A DNA stretch of 36,346 nucleotides from a virus (taxonomy: Duplodnaviria; Caudoviricetes), in IMG/VR virus record IMGVR_UViG_3300036793_000045, positions 1-36,346 of that record; one strand, given 5' to 3'. The position numbers and the translations under genes were made by a program. Below, one piece after another: positions 1-8,513 of this stretch (positions are counted from its first letter, which is position 1; each line of letters begins with the position of its first letter). Under the pieces are notes generated by a model that saw nothing but the letters and a program-made list of their open reading frames with translations, was not told the origin of the DNA and did no database searches.

Positions 1-20
1 CCCCTGACCTGCGGAAACAC

Positions 21-232
21 GGGTGACGGTTCAGATTCATACCGTCACCCGACCGTCACCCAAAACGTATCTGACGTCAGAATTTATACCGTCACCCACC
101 GTCACACCGTCACCACCGTCACCCAGATCTGGAGTCAGATTCCGTCTGAACTTTCATCTGACGTCAAATCTGTCTGGCGGGTGACGGATAGGGTGACGCT
201 TGGTGACGGTCCTCGATCTGATACCGTCACCC
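21..232. repeat. Cluster of direct and inverted ACCGTCAC(CC) repeats, iteron/replication-origin-like
   Basis: Forward copies at 41, 52, 88, 98, 106, 115, 223; reverse copies at 21, 179, 191, 202; 21-30/41-50 form a perfect 10-bp inverted pair; locally AT-richer, non-coding. Confidence 0.8.
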
Positions 233-291
233 GTAAACATGCTGTATTCTGGCTGGCATCTGACTGACCCGAGATCCGAGGAAGATGATCT

Positions 292-906
292 ATGACAACG
301 TTCGCGGCGTGGCTTAGTGATCAAGGAGACCGCCAGGATGCGGTCGGCGCGGTGGCCCGGCTGTGGAAGGAAATCTCGCCTGGCAGGGTCCACGGGCTGG
401 CCGGAGTGACCAAGTGCATAACAGACCATTCGGACGCCACGGGCCTGACCTGGACACAGGAGGCCATGCGGCTGACCACCGAGGAGTTCCGGGCCTGGAA
501 GCGGGATCCGGCTGGCAGCTCGATCCACGCTCCGGCCGTGGCCACCCAGCTCGACCGGATCGAGCACATGCTGCGGTCCCTGTGCGACTCGCTCGGCATC
601 CCGCTGCTGGCTGAAGTGCCGGACGGGCCGGATGCGCAGGTGCTTGAGGTCACCGACGCCACCACCGGCCAGACCCAGGCGCTGCCGGTCATCACACCCG
701 GATCAGCCCGCGTACCGCACATCGGCCCGGCTGGCCTGGAGATGCGGCCGGTCCAGCAGCTAGGCCCGGACGGGCAGCCGGTGCTCCCGTTCTTCCTGCG
801 CGACCCAGCCGAGCTGGCTGACGCGATCGGCCCGGACGGCAAGCCGGACTGGGCCAAGCTGTACAGCTTTTCCGATCACGAGGCACCTGAGGAGGCAGCC
901 GAATGA
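292..906 (+). CDS. Protein with N-terminal YozE SAM-like domain
   Basis: MTTFAAWLSDQGDRQDAVGAVAR matches the F-x-x-W-L..Q..R-x-D-x-V-G-x-x-A-R start of YozE-like domains; GAGGA RBS. Confidence 0.55.
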   Translation: MTTFAAWLSDQGDRQDAVGAVARLWKEISPGRVHGLAGVTKCITDHSDATGLTWTQEAMRLTTEEFRAWKRDPAGSSIHAPAVATQLDRIEHMLRSLCDSLGIPLLAEVPDGPDAQVLEVTDATTGQTQALPVITPGSARVPHIGPAGLEMRPVQQLGPDGQPVLPFFLRDPAELADAIGPDGKPDWAKLYSFSDHEAPEEAAE

Positions 907-1376
907 AGATCACCAAGCAAGTCATCCGGACCGGCGTCATTGCGGGGCTGGCCGGACTGGCATTAACCGCGCTGGCGTTCAGCACCCCGGCCAGGGCGGC
1001 CACGGCAGCCCCCGAGACTGCCTCGGTCTCCCACTCGTTCACGGCCAGCAAGAGCGCCGACGGATGCCACTGGAAGGCGCGCGGCAAGCACGAGTTCATC
1101 ACCTACGCCTACCTGCGGATGGTCGCCGACACCTGCTCGCGCAACGAGCTGCGGATCCGGATCTCCGGCAAGTGCAGCGTGGCAGGCTGGCGCAATGGCA
1201 ACTGGATCCACCGGGGCAAGGGCCCTCGTGGCGGCGGGCAGCTCACGAGCATCTCGTGCCCGGCTGGCCAGGGCTACTTCACGATCGTGGCCGAGTACCA
1301 GTACTGGTGGCCAAAGAGCGCGAGGCTGCGTCATGGCCACAAGCGCGGCCGGGTGCACCAGATCTTCCTCCAGTAA
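903..1376 (+). CDS. Secreted hypothetical protein (signal peptide, 4 Cys)
   Basis: Basic N-region, hydrophobic core, ARA|A cleavage site; ATGA overlap with upstream gene. Confidence 0.7.
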   Translation: MKITKQVIRTGVIAGLAGLALTALAFSTPARAATAAPETASVSHSFTASKSADGCHWKARGKHEFITYAYLRMVADTCSRNELRIRISGKCSVAGWRNGNWIHRGKGPRGGGQLTSISCPAGQGYFTIVAEYQYWWPKSARLRHGHKRGRVHQIFLQ

Positions 1377-1389
1377 CACCGTCGAGGTG

Positions 1390-1424
1390 GCAGTCCCTGC
1401 GTGTCCGTCTTGCGCAGGGACTGC
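1390..1424 (+). terminator. GC-rich hairpin, possible intrinsic terminator or processing stem
   Basis: 12-bp perfect stem GCAGTCCCTGCG/CGCAGGGACTGC just after the 1376 stop; no U-tract. Confidence 0.45.
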
Positions 1425-1439
1425 TGCTGAAAGGAGAAC

Positions 1440-1766
1440 ATGATGCCGACCGGATCCACCTACATGAGGCCGTGGAACGAGCTGATCGAGATGGCCCGCA
1501 AGCGCGCCTGGAGCACGCGGCCATGGCAGCCGCCAAGGCCGCTGGAGCACCGCATGGTGCTGTCGCTGAGCCGGAATGGGAACGGCCTGCTGAATGTTCG
1601 CTGTGAATGCATGGCCGGAACTGTCAACAAGCGGCCGGGCAGGTACTACAATTACGACACGCTAGGCGAGCGGCTGAACTTCGAGCAGGCCCGAGACCTG
1701 TACGCAGCCCACCTCGCCGCCAAGGGAGATGATCATGAGCAAGACGATCTTGCAGGCGCACGCTGA
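1440..1766 (+). CDS. Hypothetical protein (CxC motif)
   Basis: AAGGAG RBS, GC3-rich codons. Confidence 0.7.
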   Translation: MMPTGSTYMRPWNELIEMARKRAWSTRPWQPPRPLEHRMVLSLSRNGNGLLNVRCECMAGTVNKRPGRYYNYDTLGERLNFEQARDLYAAHLAAKGDDHEQDDLAGAR

Positions 1767-2085
1767 CAAGGTGCACCGTGTCATCCTGCCGCTCGACCCC
1801 CAGGTCAGGCGGGCGCACTACATCGCGCAGAACACCAGGCGGGCTGGCATCGTGGCCGGAGGCGGCGAGGGCCTGCACTTCACCGCCAGGCAGCTCCGCC
1901 GGATGCGCAAGAAGGACAAGCTCAGCAGGCCCTACCGGGCCCCTGAGCAGGCATGGGCCTGGGCAGAGGCGAAGATCGACAACCAGCGCATCGAGCGGCC
2001 AAGGCACCTGCGGCAGAACCGGGTCTACAGCCGGATCGCCGAGGCGTTCGGGCTTGAGCAGAAGCTGGTGAAGCGCGATGGCTGA
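1735..2085 (+). CDS. Hypothetical basic protein
   Basis: Start embedded in the AGGGAGATGATCATG motif. Confidence 0.7.
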   Translation: MSKTILQAHADKVHRVILPLDPQVRRAHYIAQNTRRAGIVAGGGEGLHFTARQLRRMRKKDKLSRPYRAPEQAWAWAEAKIDNQRIERPRHLRQNRVYSRIAEAFGLEQKLVKRDG

Positions 2086-2587
2086 GCACATCGTGGCCCG
2101 CGCTCTGCGGGCCCAGATCGCCTCGATCGAGGCCGAGCTGGCCAGCGACCCTGACATGACCACGGGCAACCGCACGTTCCTGAACCGGATCAAGGAGCAG
2201 TTCCAGGGGCTGACCATGCAGCTCAACGCGCTCGGCAACCAGCCGGTGGCCGGGCCTCTGGGCGTCGTCGTGCCGACATGCACGCACGATGACGATTGCC
2301 GGATATTCGGCCACCCCCGAGGCCCGCACTGGCTCACAGGTGGCAGCGCCGTCACGGTAGACCCGCTGGCTGGCGGCCAGATCACCATCAGGCCGGATCG
2401 CCTGGAGCTAGCGGCCAAGACCGTCTACACGAGAATGGCTGCAGCTCAGAGCGTCGGCCCGCAGACGTTCAGGCAGGGCAGGATGCAGCCAGTGGCCTGG
2501 GAGCTGCTGGACGAGCGCGACCGCCAGAGCTGGCGTATCGCGACCACCGATGCCCTGCGGGCTGCCCTGGAGGCCGACAATGGCTGA
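2078..2587 (+). CDS. Hypothetical protein
   Basis: Overlaps both neighbours by 8 nt; GC3 bias. Confidence 0.7.
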   Translation: MAEHIVARALRAQIASIEAELASDPDMTTGNRTFLNRIKEQFQGLTMQLNALGNQPVAGPLGVVVPTCTHDDDCRIFGHPRGPHWLTGGSAVTVDPLAGGQITIRPDRLELAAKTVYTRMAAAQSVGPQTFRQGRMQPVAWELLDERDRQSWRIATTDALRAALEADNG

Positions 2588-2849
2588 GCGCGAGCTGCAC
2601 ATCAACATCGAGACGCTGGCCGGGGGTTCTGATGCCGAGGGCCGGGCCCTTAACGACCTGATGGACGCCATCGACCTGGCCTCAGATCAGGACCAGATGA
2701 CGTGGCTGGTCAGGCACGATGGCAAGCGCATCGCCGCGATCGTGCCCGCCGACGTGGCACAGGCGGCCGAGGAAGCGGTCGAAGACATCCTGGAGCACCA
2801 GTTCGGGCCCGCCCCGCTGGAGCACCCGAGTTCGAGGAGCCCGGAATGA
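2580..2849 (+). CDS. Phd/YefM-like (type II antitoxin-fold) protein
   Basis: LNDLMDAI...TWLVRHDGKRIAAIVPAD followed by an acidic helix fits the Phd/YefM pattern; GGAGG RBS before ATG 2580. Confidence 0.6.
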   Translation: MAERELHINIETLAGGSDAEGRALNDLMDAIDLASDQDQMTWLVRHDGKRIAAIVPADVAQAAEEAVEDILEHQFGPAPLEHPSSRSPE

Positions 2850-3139
2850 GCTGCCCGTCCAAGATCAGGCCGTTCCCGAACGACACCGAGCTGGCCTGCG
2901 AGCTGGACGCACATGTTCCGGCAGGCACGACCGCTGCTGACCGCGACCCAGACGCTCCCGATTTCTGGACTCACCGGGCCGTGTTGCGCGACTATGCCTA
3001 TCCGGGCTCGGAGACGATCGTCACCTGGAAAGCTGGCGACCGGCGCGAGTTCACCGGGGACTGGCCCGGCTACTGCCGTAAGCTCGGCCACCTGCAGAAC
3101 AGCATGCTGCCAGCCGGTCATCACGGGAGCTGCGCATGA
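2846..3139 (+). CDS. Hypothetical Cys/His-containing protein
   Basis: ATGA overlaps at both ends; start taken at MSCPSK. Confidence 0.65.
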   Translation: MSCPSKIRPFPNDTELACELDAHVPAGTTAADRDPDAPDFWTHRAVLRDYAYPGSETIVTWKAGDRREFTGDWPGYCRKLGHLQNSMLPAGHHGSCA

Positions 3140-3342
3140 GGTGCCAGGCCACGGCCGAGGAGCGCAAGGCCGCAGTGGCGACCGAGAAGTGCATGCGCTG
3201 CGATGCCGGGCCGGGTGAGCGCTGCCTGGCTCGCAGGCTGGACTGGTTCCGGGCAGATCCGGGCAAGATGCAGGTCAGGACGTCTAACGTGCACGTCCTG
3301 CGGATCTACGCGCTGCGGCGCACGAGGCGGGCCGCGCAATGA
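3136..3342 (+). CDS. Phage zinc-finger protein
   Basis: C-x2-C-x-A-x-P-G-x2-C ... H-x2-R signature common in actinophage Zn-finger proteins. Confidence 0.6.
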   Translation: MRCQATAEERKAAVATEKCMRCDAGPGERCLARRLDWFRADPGKMQVRTSNVHVLRIYALRRTRRAAQ

Positions 3343-3584
3343 TGCCGATGATGCCGCCCGGCGTCCCGCCGGAAGACATGCAGAAGTTCCTGGACGACCA
3401 GCAGCGGCTGGCAGCCCGCAATCAGGCGATCCAGCTCTGGTATGACGCCCAGATGGCCCGCCTGGAAGCCGAGCACCGTGAGCGCGTGGTTTACTTCGGC
3501 GCGATCTTGTGCCGCTGCAGGGACCACGAGCCCTGCCAGGTGCACGGCAACATCCTGGTAACCAACGACGGCCGGGTGCTGTGA
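3339..3584 (+). CDS. Hypothetical protein (CxC..CxxH)
   Basis: ATGA overlap; putative metal-binding motif. Confidence 0.65.
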   Translation: MMPMMPPGVPPEDMQKFLDDQQRLAARNQAIQLWYDAQMARLEAEHRERVVYFGAILCRCRDHEPCQVHGNILVTNDGRVL

Positions 3585-3772
3585 TGACGACGCACAAGAA
3601 GTCACGGCCGGTGGATATGTCGCTTCCGCCCGAGTTAAGAGGGCGCAAGCGCAACCGCAGCAAGACCGGCAAGGGCTCGGTCGCGCAGCTCGATCACGCC
3701 AGCAACGGCAAGAGCCGCAAGAAGGCCCGCGAGGGGGAGAAGCGCATGCGGCAGGAGCGCGAGGCAGGATGA
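3581..3772 (+). CDS. Small, highly basic hypothetical protein
   Basis: GTGA overlap at 3581 (ATG 3584 is the alternative), ATGA overlap at end; K/R-rich. Confidence 0.6.
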   Translation: MMTTHKKSRPVDMSLPPELRGRKRNRSKTGKGSVAQLDHASNGKSRKKAREGEKRMRQEREAG

Positions 3773-4239
3773 ACGCCGACGACACCTACCTGCTCGATGA
3801 CGGCCGGATGATCGAGCGGCACCTGGAGCCGGGCGAGTGCATCTGCCTGAGCTGTGGCGACGTGTTCTGGCACACGCCCGGCATTGACCGGCACGCCTGC
3901 AGCCCGACCGAGATCGGCATGACTGTGGCGCAGGCGCTGGACTTTTACAAAGCGATCGATCACCATGACCGGCAGATCAAGCTGGCGATGGGCGTGCAGC
4001 CCGTTCCGGCCAGGGCCGAGGATGAGTGCGCCGACTGCCACCTGGCCACGCTGCCGGGTTTCCCGAGGTGCTTCTACTGCGAGCAGCTCGCCTGGCTCAA
4101 GGCAGCAAGCTTGCTGCGCGCTTGCAACGAGCAGGTCGCAACTCCACCGGTCCGGCATGGCCCGCTGCGGACATTCTGGCGTGACATGGTGGCCGGATGG
4201 GTCGCGGCCTGGCAGGCCCTGAAGTGGATGGTGAGCTGA
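3769..4239 (+). CDS. Hypothetical Cys-rich protein
   Basis: Three CxxC motifs; ATGA overlap. Confidence 0.7.
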   Translation: MNADDTYLLDDGRMIERHLEPGECICLSCGDVFWHTPGIDRHACSPTEIGMTVAQALDFYKAIDHHDRQIKLAMGVQPVPARAEDECADCHLATLPGFPRCFYCEQLAWLKAASLLRACNEQVATPPVRHGPLRTFWRDMVAGWVAAWQALKWMVS

Positions 4240-4241
4240 TC

Positions 4242-4415
4242 ATGAACAGACAGGCGAAAGCGGCAGCGGGCGGGCTCATGGGCCTGGCGCTCGGCGTCGG
4301 CGCGCTGATGGTTGGCTACGGCGGGCACCAGCGCAACCTGATCTTCTGCGCGCTCGGGGCCGCCATCATCGGGTCCAGCCAGTGGATCGCCGGGTACCTG
4401 ATGGGCAGGCCGTGA
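4242..4415 (+). CDS. Small membrane protein (2 TM)
   Basis: Two hydrophobic segments; ATG 2 nt after the previous stop. Confidence 0.6.
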   Translation: MNRQAKAAAGGLMGLALGVGALMVGYGGHQRNLIFCALGAAIIGSSQWIAGYLMGRP

Positions 4416-4621
4416 TGTTCGAGCACACCTGGCGCGGCCTGCACAAGCACTGCGCGCACTGCATCCCGCTGCAGCCATTAGCCCCGAGGGTGCTCGGCTA
4501 CTGGCATTATGGCTGGTGCGCGCAGTGCAGGACGACGCAGAGCTGCCGGTGCTGTTTCCGCCGGGCACCATGGTCCTGGCTGCTGCGCAAGATCCGGAGC
4601 CTGCTGTACGTCTACATCTGA
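4415..4621 (+). CDS. Small Cys/Trp-rich protein
   Basis: TGATG overlap; CxxC motifs. Confidence 0.55.
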   Translation: MFEHTWRGLHKHCAHCIPLQPLAPRVLGYWHYGWCAQCRTTQSCRCCFRRAPWSWLLRKIRSLLYVYI

Positions 4622-4632
4622 GGGAGAAGATC

Positions 4633-4929
4633 ATGGGGGACATCCGCTACCCGCTCGGCCGCGTCCAGATCGGACCGGAGAGCTTTCCTGTCGATGCCGT
4701 ACGCCTCGATCAGGGCGGCATCATCATCACGTTCACCGTCAAGGGCCCGGTCACGCTCGAAGGGCCGATAACGATCTTCGGGGCCGACGGCCAGGGCTGC
4801 TGGCAGAGCCGCAGGCTGCAGCAGACCATGGTCGTGGACATGGCCTCGCGCTGGATCTGCAACTACAAGATGCGGATAGCCGAGATCCACGACGGCGAGA
4901 ACGGCCTGCTCGATGTCAGCTACACCTGA
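4633..4929 (+). CDS. Hypothetical protein
   Basis: Start in the AGGGAGAAGATCATG motif (the longer 4516 start overlaps the upstream gene). Confidence 0.7.
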   Translation: MGDIRYPLGRVQIGPESFPVDAVRLDQGGIIITFTVKGPVTLEGPITIFGADGQGCWQSRRLQQTMVVDMASRWICNYKMRIAEIHDGENGLLDVSYT

Positions 4930-5362
4930 CCGGCCGGACCCTCTGGCCGAGCCGGAGGGCTACGGCAGCAAGATCGGCCGGATCGAGCACCTGACCCGCA
5001 AGTCGGCCTTGGTCGGCCACAAGCGCGCCCAGGAGGTCGGCCCGCCCGGCGTGGTGCCGGACGGCGGTCTCGATGACGAGCAATGCGCCTGGTACCAGGC
5101 TGATTCGGGCGAGCGCTGCCGGAAAGACCGTGGATGGCAGGTCGTCGCAGGTGACGCGGCCGAGCACGTCTGCCGCCTTGACCTGTGCGAGTACCACCTG
5201 CAGCTCGTGGCCGCCCAGCCCCGGTTCTGGTGCACCGCGTGCCGGATGGACATGCGGCTGGAGAAAGTCGGCCGGATCCGCGATGGTGAGCTGATCTGGC
5301 TTGATCCCGAGGCGTGGCCCGGTAGGCTGCGTGTAAACAAGCCGCCAGAGAAGCTGTTTTAA
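4913..5362 (+). CDS. Hypothetical protein with Cys/His motifs
   Basis: CEYH and CTAC motifs; fills the gap in the operon. Confidence 0.65.
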   Translation: MSATPDRPDPLAEPEGYGSKIGRIEHLTRKSALVGHKRAQEVGPPGVVPDGGLDDEQCAWYQADSGERCRKDRGWQVVAGDAAEHVCRLDLCEYHLQLVAAQPRFWCTACRMDMRLEKVGRIRDGELIWLDPEAWPGRLRVNKPPEKLF

Positions 5363-5373
5363 GGGAGATGATC

Positions 5374-5568
5374 ATGGCGTACAACGAGGAAGACAAGCCT
5401 GCCCGCATGACGCTGGCCGAGCACGTATCCAACCTGGATCGCAGCCACCATGACCTGCAGGACACCGTCGGCAGGCAGCAAGACCTGATCGAGCAGCTCC
5501 AGAAGCGCATCGAGCTGCTGGAGGCCGAGACCGGGCTCGACGTGCCCCGCGTGGCGGTGCCGCGATGA
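5374..5568 (+). CDS. Small coiled-coil protein
   Basis: Start in AGGGAGATGATCATG; heptad Leu pattern. Confidence 0.7.
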   Translation: MAYNEEDKPARMTLAEHVSNLDRSHHDLQDTVGRQQDLIEQLQKRIELLEAETGLDVPRVAVPR

Positions 5569-6104
5569 GGATCTGGCCATGGAGCGCGCTGCGCTCGCGA
5601 GACTCACATATCCGCAGCTTGCAGCGCGTGAACAACCAGCTCCTGACCCGGATCGAGCGCGGCACGGCCGAGAACCGGCGGCTGGCCAGGGAGCGCAATG
5701 AGGCCCTGAAATTGGTCCACGGGGCACCGGGCAGTTTCCAGCGGTTTGGCGCGGCTAAGCCTGAGTTCGTTATCGTCGGGCTGGACGCCGGGCCGGGCAT
5801 GTGCGACGGCGTGCAAGTCGAGAACCGCAAGCGGATCATGGTAAGCCGCGAGCTGACCGGGACCACGCTCGGATTCACCCCGCTGCAGGACCCGCCGCCG
5901 CGCTGGAAGATCGACGCGGTCATGGCGCAGATGCTCACGATCGACAAGCCCGACTACGGGCAGGCACTCGATCGCATGGGCGAGATATGGCGCAATCAGG
6001 ACCGGAACAGCCAGCTCGCGATCGAGGATGCGAAGTACGGCCAGCCGAGCGAGGAGACTGTCCGCGAGCTGACGGGCTACGAGCGCAGGGAGATCGAAGG
6101 GTGA
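5565..6104 (+). CDS. Hypothetical protein
   Basis: ATGA overlap; GC3 bias. Confidence 0.7.
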   Translation: MRIWPWSALRSRDSHIRSLQRVNNQLLTRIERGTAENRRLARERNEALKLVHGAPGSFQRFGAAKPEFVIVGLDAGPGMCDGVQVENRKRIMVSRELTGTTLGFTPLQDPPPRWKIDAVMAQMLTIDKPDYGQALDRMGEIWRNQDRNSQLAIEDAKYGQPSEETVRELTGYERREIEG

Positions 6105-6190
6105 GCGCCGAGCAGGCATTCGCGGCCAACGCACGCGCCGAGATCGAGCACGCTATGGAGCGGGCCCGCCAGGAGCGCGACGGCAAGTGA
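6101..6190 (+). CDS. 29-aa peptide MSAEQAFAANARAEIEHAMERARQERDGK
   Basis: GTGA overlaps at both ends exactly bridge the neighbours; not separately listed in the ORF track. Confidence 0.55.
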   Translation: MSAEQAFAANARAEIEHAMERARQERDGK

Positions 6191-6375
6191 GCGAGTACAA
6201 CCTCACCAACGCAGACCCTGGCAGCTACGCCGAGCAGGCCTGCGGCTGCCAGAGCTGGACCCAGCAGGGCCAGTTCATCATCGCGCCGTGCTCGCAGACC
6301 TGCAGTTTCTACGCGGCAGCGCTGAAGCAGACCAAGGCGGCTGGCAACGACGTCCGCTACCGCTGGAAAGATTAG
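6187..6375 (+). CDS. Small Cys-containing protein
   Basis: GTGA overlap; CGC..C..C. Confidence 0.6.
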   Translation: MSEYNLTNADPGSYAEQACGCQSWTQQGQFIIAPCSQTCSFYAAALKQTKAAGNDVRYRWKD

Positions 6376-6489
6376 GCTGCCCGGCTCAGGTACCCCCACA
6401 ACTCAATAGCGACCGGACGGGCCAAGTGATGCTGACTGTCCGGCCGCAGCACCTGAGCCGGGCCCCAACCCCGAGAGGAAAAACAACAC

Positions 6490-6918
6490 ATGGCCGGAAT
6501 GCTGTGGTTCAACGGACCATTGCCTGACAAAGAGGACAGCCTGGGCTTCTGCTTCCTGTGCTCGATGATCGCCAAGGGCTTCGCGCTCCAGGACCCCGAG
6601 ACCGCCGGGCTGGTCAATGAGGTCAACGCGATGGGCCTGTCCGGGCACAAGTCGGTCACGATGACGGCGAGACTGCCCGGCAAGACCCAGCCCGAGCCAG
6701 CGGTGACGACGGGGATCAACCCGGTCGTCCAGCAGGCCGTGGCCGCCATGATGGGGCTTCCCGCCGGGATGATCGCGCCGCCGGTTATCGTGCCGCTGTG
6801 CTGGTCACACGTCTACGGGCTGACGCTCAAGGATGGCGGCGTGGTCGTCCCGGCCACGGCCGACCAGATGCCGGGCCAGCGCGGTGCGGTTGACCTGAGC
6901 AAGCTCAGGCGAGGCTGA
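6490..6918 (+). CDS. Hypothetical protein (CxxC ... CxxH)
   Basis: GAGGA RBS with A-rich spacer. Confidence 0.75.
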   Translation: MAGMLWFNGPLPDKEDSLGFCFLCSMIAKGFALQDPETAGLVNEVNAMGLSGHKSVTMTARLPGKTQPEPAVTTGINPVVQQAVAAMMGLPAGMIAPPVIVPLCWSHVYGLTLKDGGVVVPATADQMPGQRGAVDLSKLRRG

Positions 6919-6951
6919 CCGGAACAGACCGCCGGTCAGCAGTGTTATCCT
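6914..6951 (+). promoter_or_regulatory. 9-bp hairpin followed by extended -10-like TGtTATCCT
   Basis: GCTGACCGG/CCGGTCAGC at 6914-6940; TGTTATCCT at 6943-6951, upstream of the gene at 6998. Confidence 0.4.
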
Positions 6952-6997
6952 GTAAACAGGCGCAATCACCCCGAGAGCGCCGGACAGGGAGATGATC

Positions 6998-7510
6998 ATG
7001 GCTCACATCACGGTGCATCCGATGGAGATCCGGGGCACCAGGTACGAGGTGGCGGTGGACCCCAGCGGGAACTTCTGCACCACCGTCGGTGCTGAGATTG
7101 TTCGCAGCCCCACCCGCACCGGCCTGCAGGACAAGCTGCGCGAGCTGACGGCCAGGGCCAACGCCAAGGTCCGCATCCCGTTCGTGCTGATGACGGCCGG
7201 GAGAGGCATCACCGGGGCCGAGGTCGCGCAGGGCTACATCACCGGCATCCACGCCGGTAACGGCAACATGCTGGTCGAGTGGGTCACCGGCTGGCAGGCC
7301 GGACAGAAGACGCAGTGGACGCCCAGCTACGCCGACGTGATCTTCGCCAGTGCCACCGAGGCCGAGGTCGCGCAGTGGCGGTCGCTTCGCCGGGCCAGCT
7401 CCGAGGCCCAGAATGAGCTGGGCACCTTCGAGAGCGAGCGCCGGTTCGACATCAGGGCGGCTGCGGTCAAGGCCGTCGAGGAGGCCGCTCGCGATGCCCG
7501 CCAGAACTGA
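6998..7510 (+). CDS. Hypothetical protein
   Basis: Start in AGGGAGATGATCATG. Confidence 0.75.
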   Translation: MAHITVHPMEIRGTRYEVAVDPSGNFCTTVGAEIVRSPTRTGLQDKLRELTARANAKVRIPFVLMTAGRGITGAEVAQGYITGIHAGNGNMLVEWVTGWQAGQKTQWTPSYADVIFASATEAEVAQWRSLRRASSEAQNELGTFESERRFDIRAAAVKAVEEAARDARQN

Positions 7511-7844
7511 CAAGCGCACTAGCGCGCTGGAGCGTGTCAAGGCCGAGCAGCGCAGCATCCGCTCTGGCTTCGTGATCGGGTACGGATCCGACGCAGTCGA
7601 GTCGATCCTCAACCTGGTCGAGGATGCGCTGGAGGAGGCTGCCGCCGAGATCGCCAGGCTCAAGGGGCAGCTAGCAGCCCGCGACGGCCGGGAGATCATC
7701 CTGACCTTCGACCGGGTCGGGCCCGAGGGGGTGCCTACTCACTTCGAGGATGGCACCAGGCTCAAGTGCACCGACTCCGACCGGGAGTGGGTGCTATCCG
7801 ACGGGCACTGGGTGCTCGTCACACAGGGGGAGACAGGAAGATGA
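7494..7844 (+). CDS. Hypothetical protein
   Basis: GGAGG RBS before ATG 7494; ATGA overlap with the next gene. Confidence 0.7.
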   Translation: MPARTDKRTSALERVKAEQRSIRSGFVIGYGSDAVESILNLVEDALEEAAAEIARLKGQLAARDGREIILTFDRVGPEGVPTHFEDGTRLKCTDSDREWVLSDGHWVLVTQGETGR

Positions 7845-8440
7845 TCAGGTACAAGATCCTCGCGGCAGCCGCGTCAGCGGCTGTCGTACTCGGGTCCGGG
7901 ACTGCTGCCTATGCGGGCAGCGTCCCGGCCCGGACGGCCGGGAGCGTTCCGGCAGCGGCGTCCCACAAAGGCAGCATCACCGACTACTTCCAGAATTATC
8001 CCGGTCTGCCTGAGGGCGACGGGTCGCTCTGGGACGACAACGGCGTGCTGAAGACGTCGCGCACTCACGCGACCAAGATCACGGTCTCGTCGCTCACCTT
8101 CAGCATGAAGTGGAGCACTATCACCCAGCTTGTGGATGCCTCCGCCGGGGTGTGCTTCGGCCCGGTCAGAGGCAAGCACGTCTGGCGTCTGCGGGCACTG
8201 TCGGCAAGGCAGTGCGCGCACCACGTACCGCGCTCGCAGTTCATCGAGTTCGGCAACTACGACAGCACCACCAACCAGTTCACCGAGGTCGGGTTCGAGA
8301 ACGTCTACCAGCTAGACAACGTCTGCATGTCGGACGCGATCCAGGCCAACGGCCCTGGCAAGGATGTGACGTCCCCGTGTGACAGCGGGGGCTTGAGCTG
8401 GATCACGGACTCTGAAGGGTTCGTGCCGGTCAGCAGTTGA
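7841..8440 (+). CDS. Secreted protein, possibly ricin-B/beta-trefoil-like
   Basis: Signal peptide MIRYKILAAAASAAVVLGSGTAAYA; paired Cys (GVC..QC, NVC..PC) spaced as in ricin-B repeats; fold call tentative. Confidence 0.6.
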   Translation: MIRYKILAAAASAAVVLGSGTAAYAGSVPARTAGSVPAAASHKGSITDYFQNYPGLPEGDGSLWDDNGVLKTSRTHATKITVSSLTFSMKWSTITQLVDASAGVCFGPVRGKHVWRLRALSARQCAHHVPRSQFIEFGNYDSTTNQFTEVGFENVYQLDNVCMSDAIQANGPGKDVTSPCDSGGLSWITDSEGFVPVSS

Positions 8441-8513
8441 CGCAGTACGCATCTGGGCGCAGTCTGAAGTCAGATTGCGCCCTGATGCTTATCTGGGGTC
8501 AGATGGAGGGCAG

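Noticed and set aside
21-232. CRISPR array
   Set aside because: Repeats are only 8-10 nt, occur in both orientations with irregular 0-30 nt gaps, and no cas genes are present
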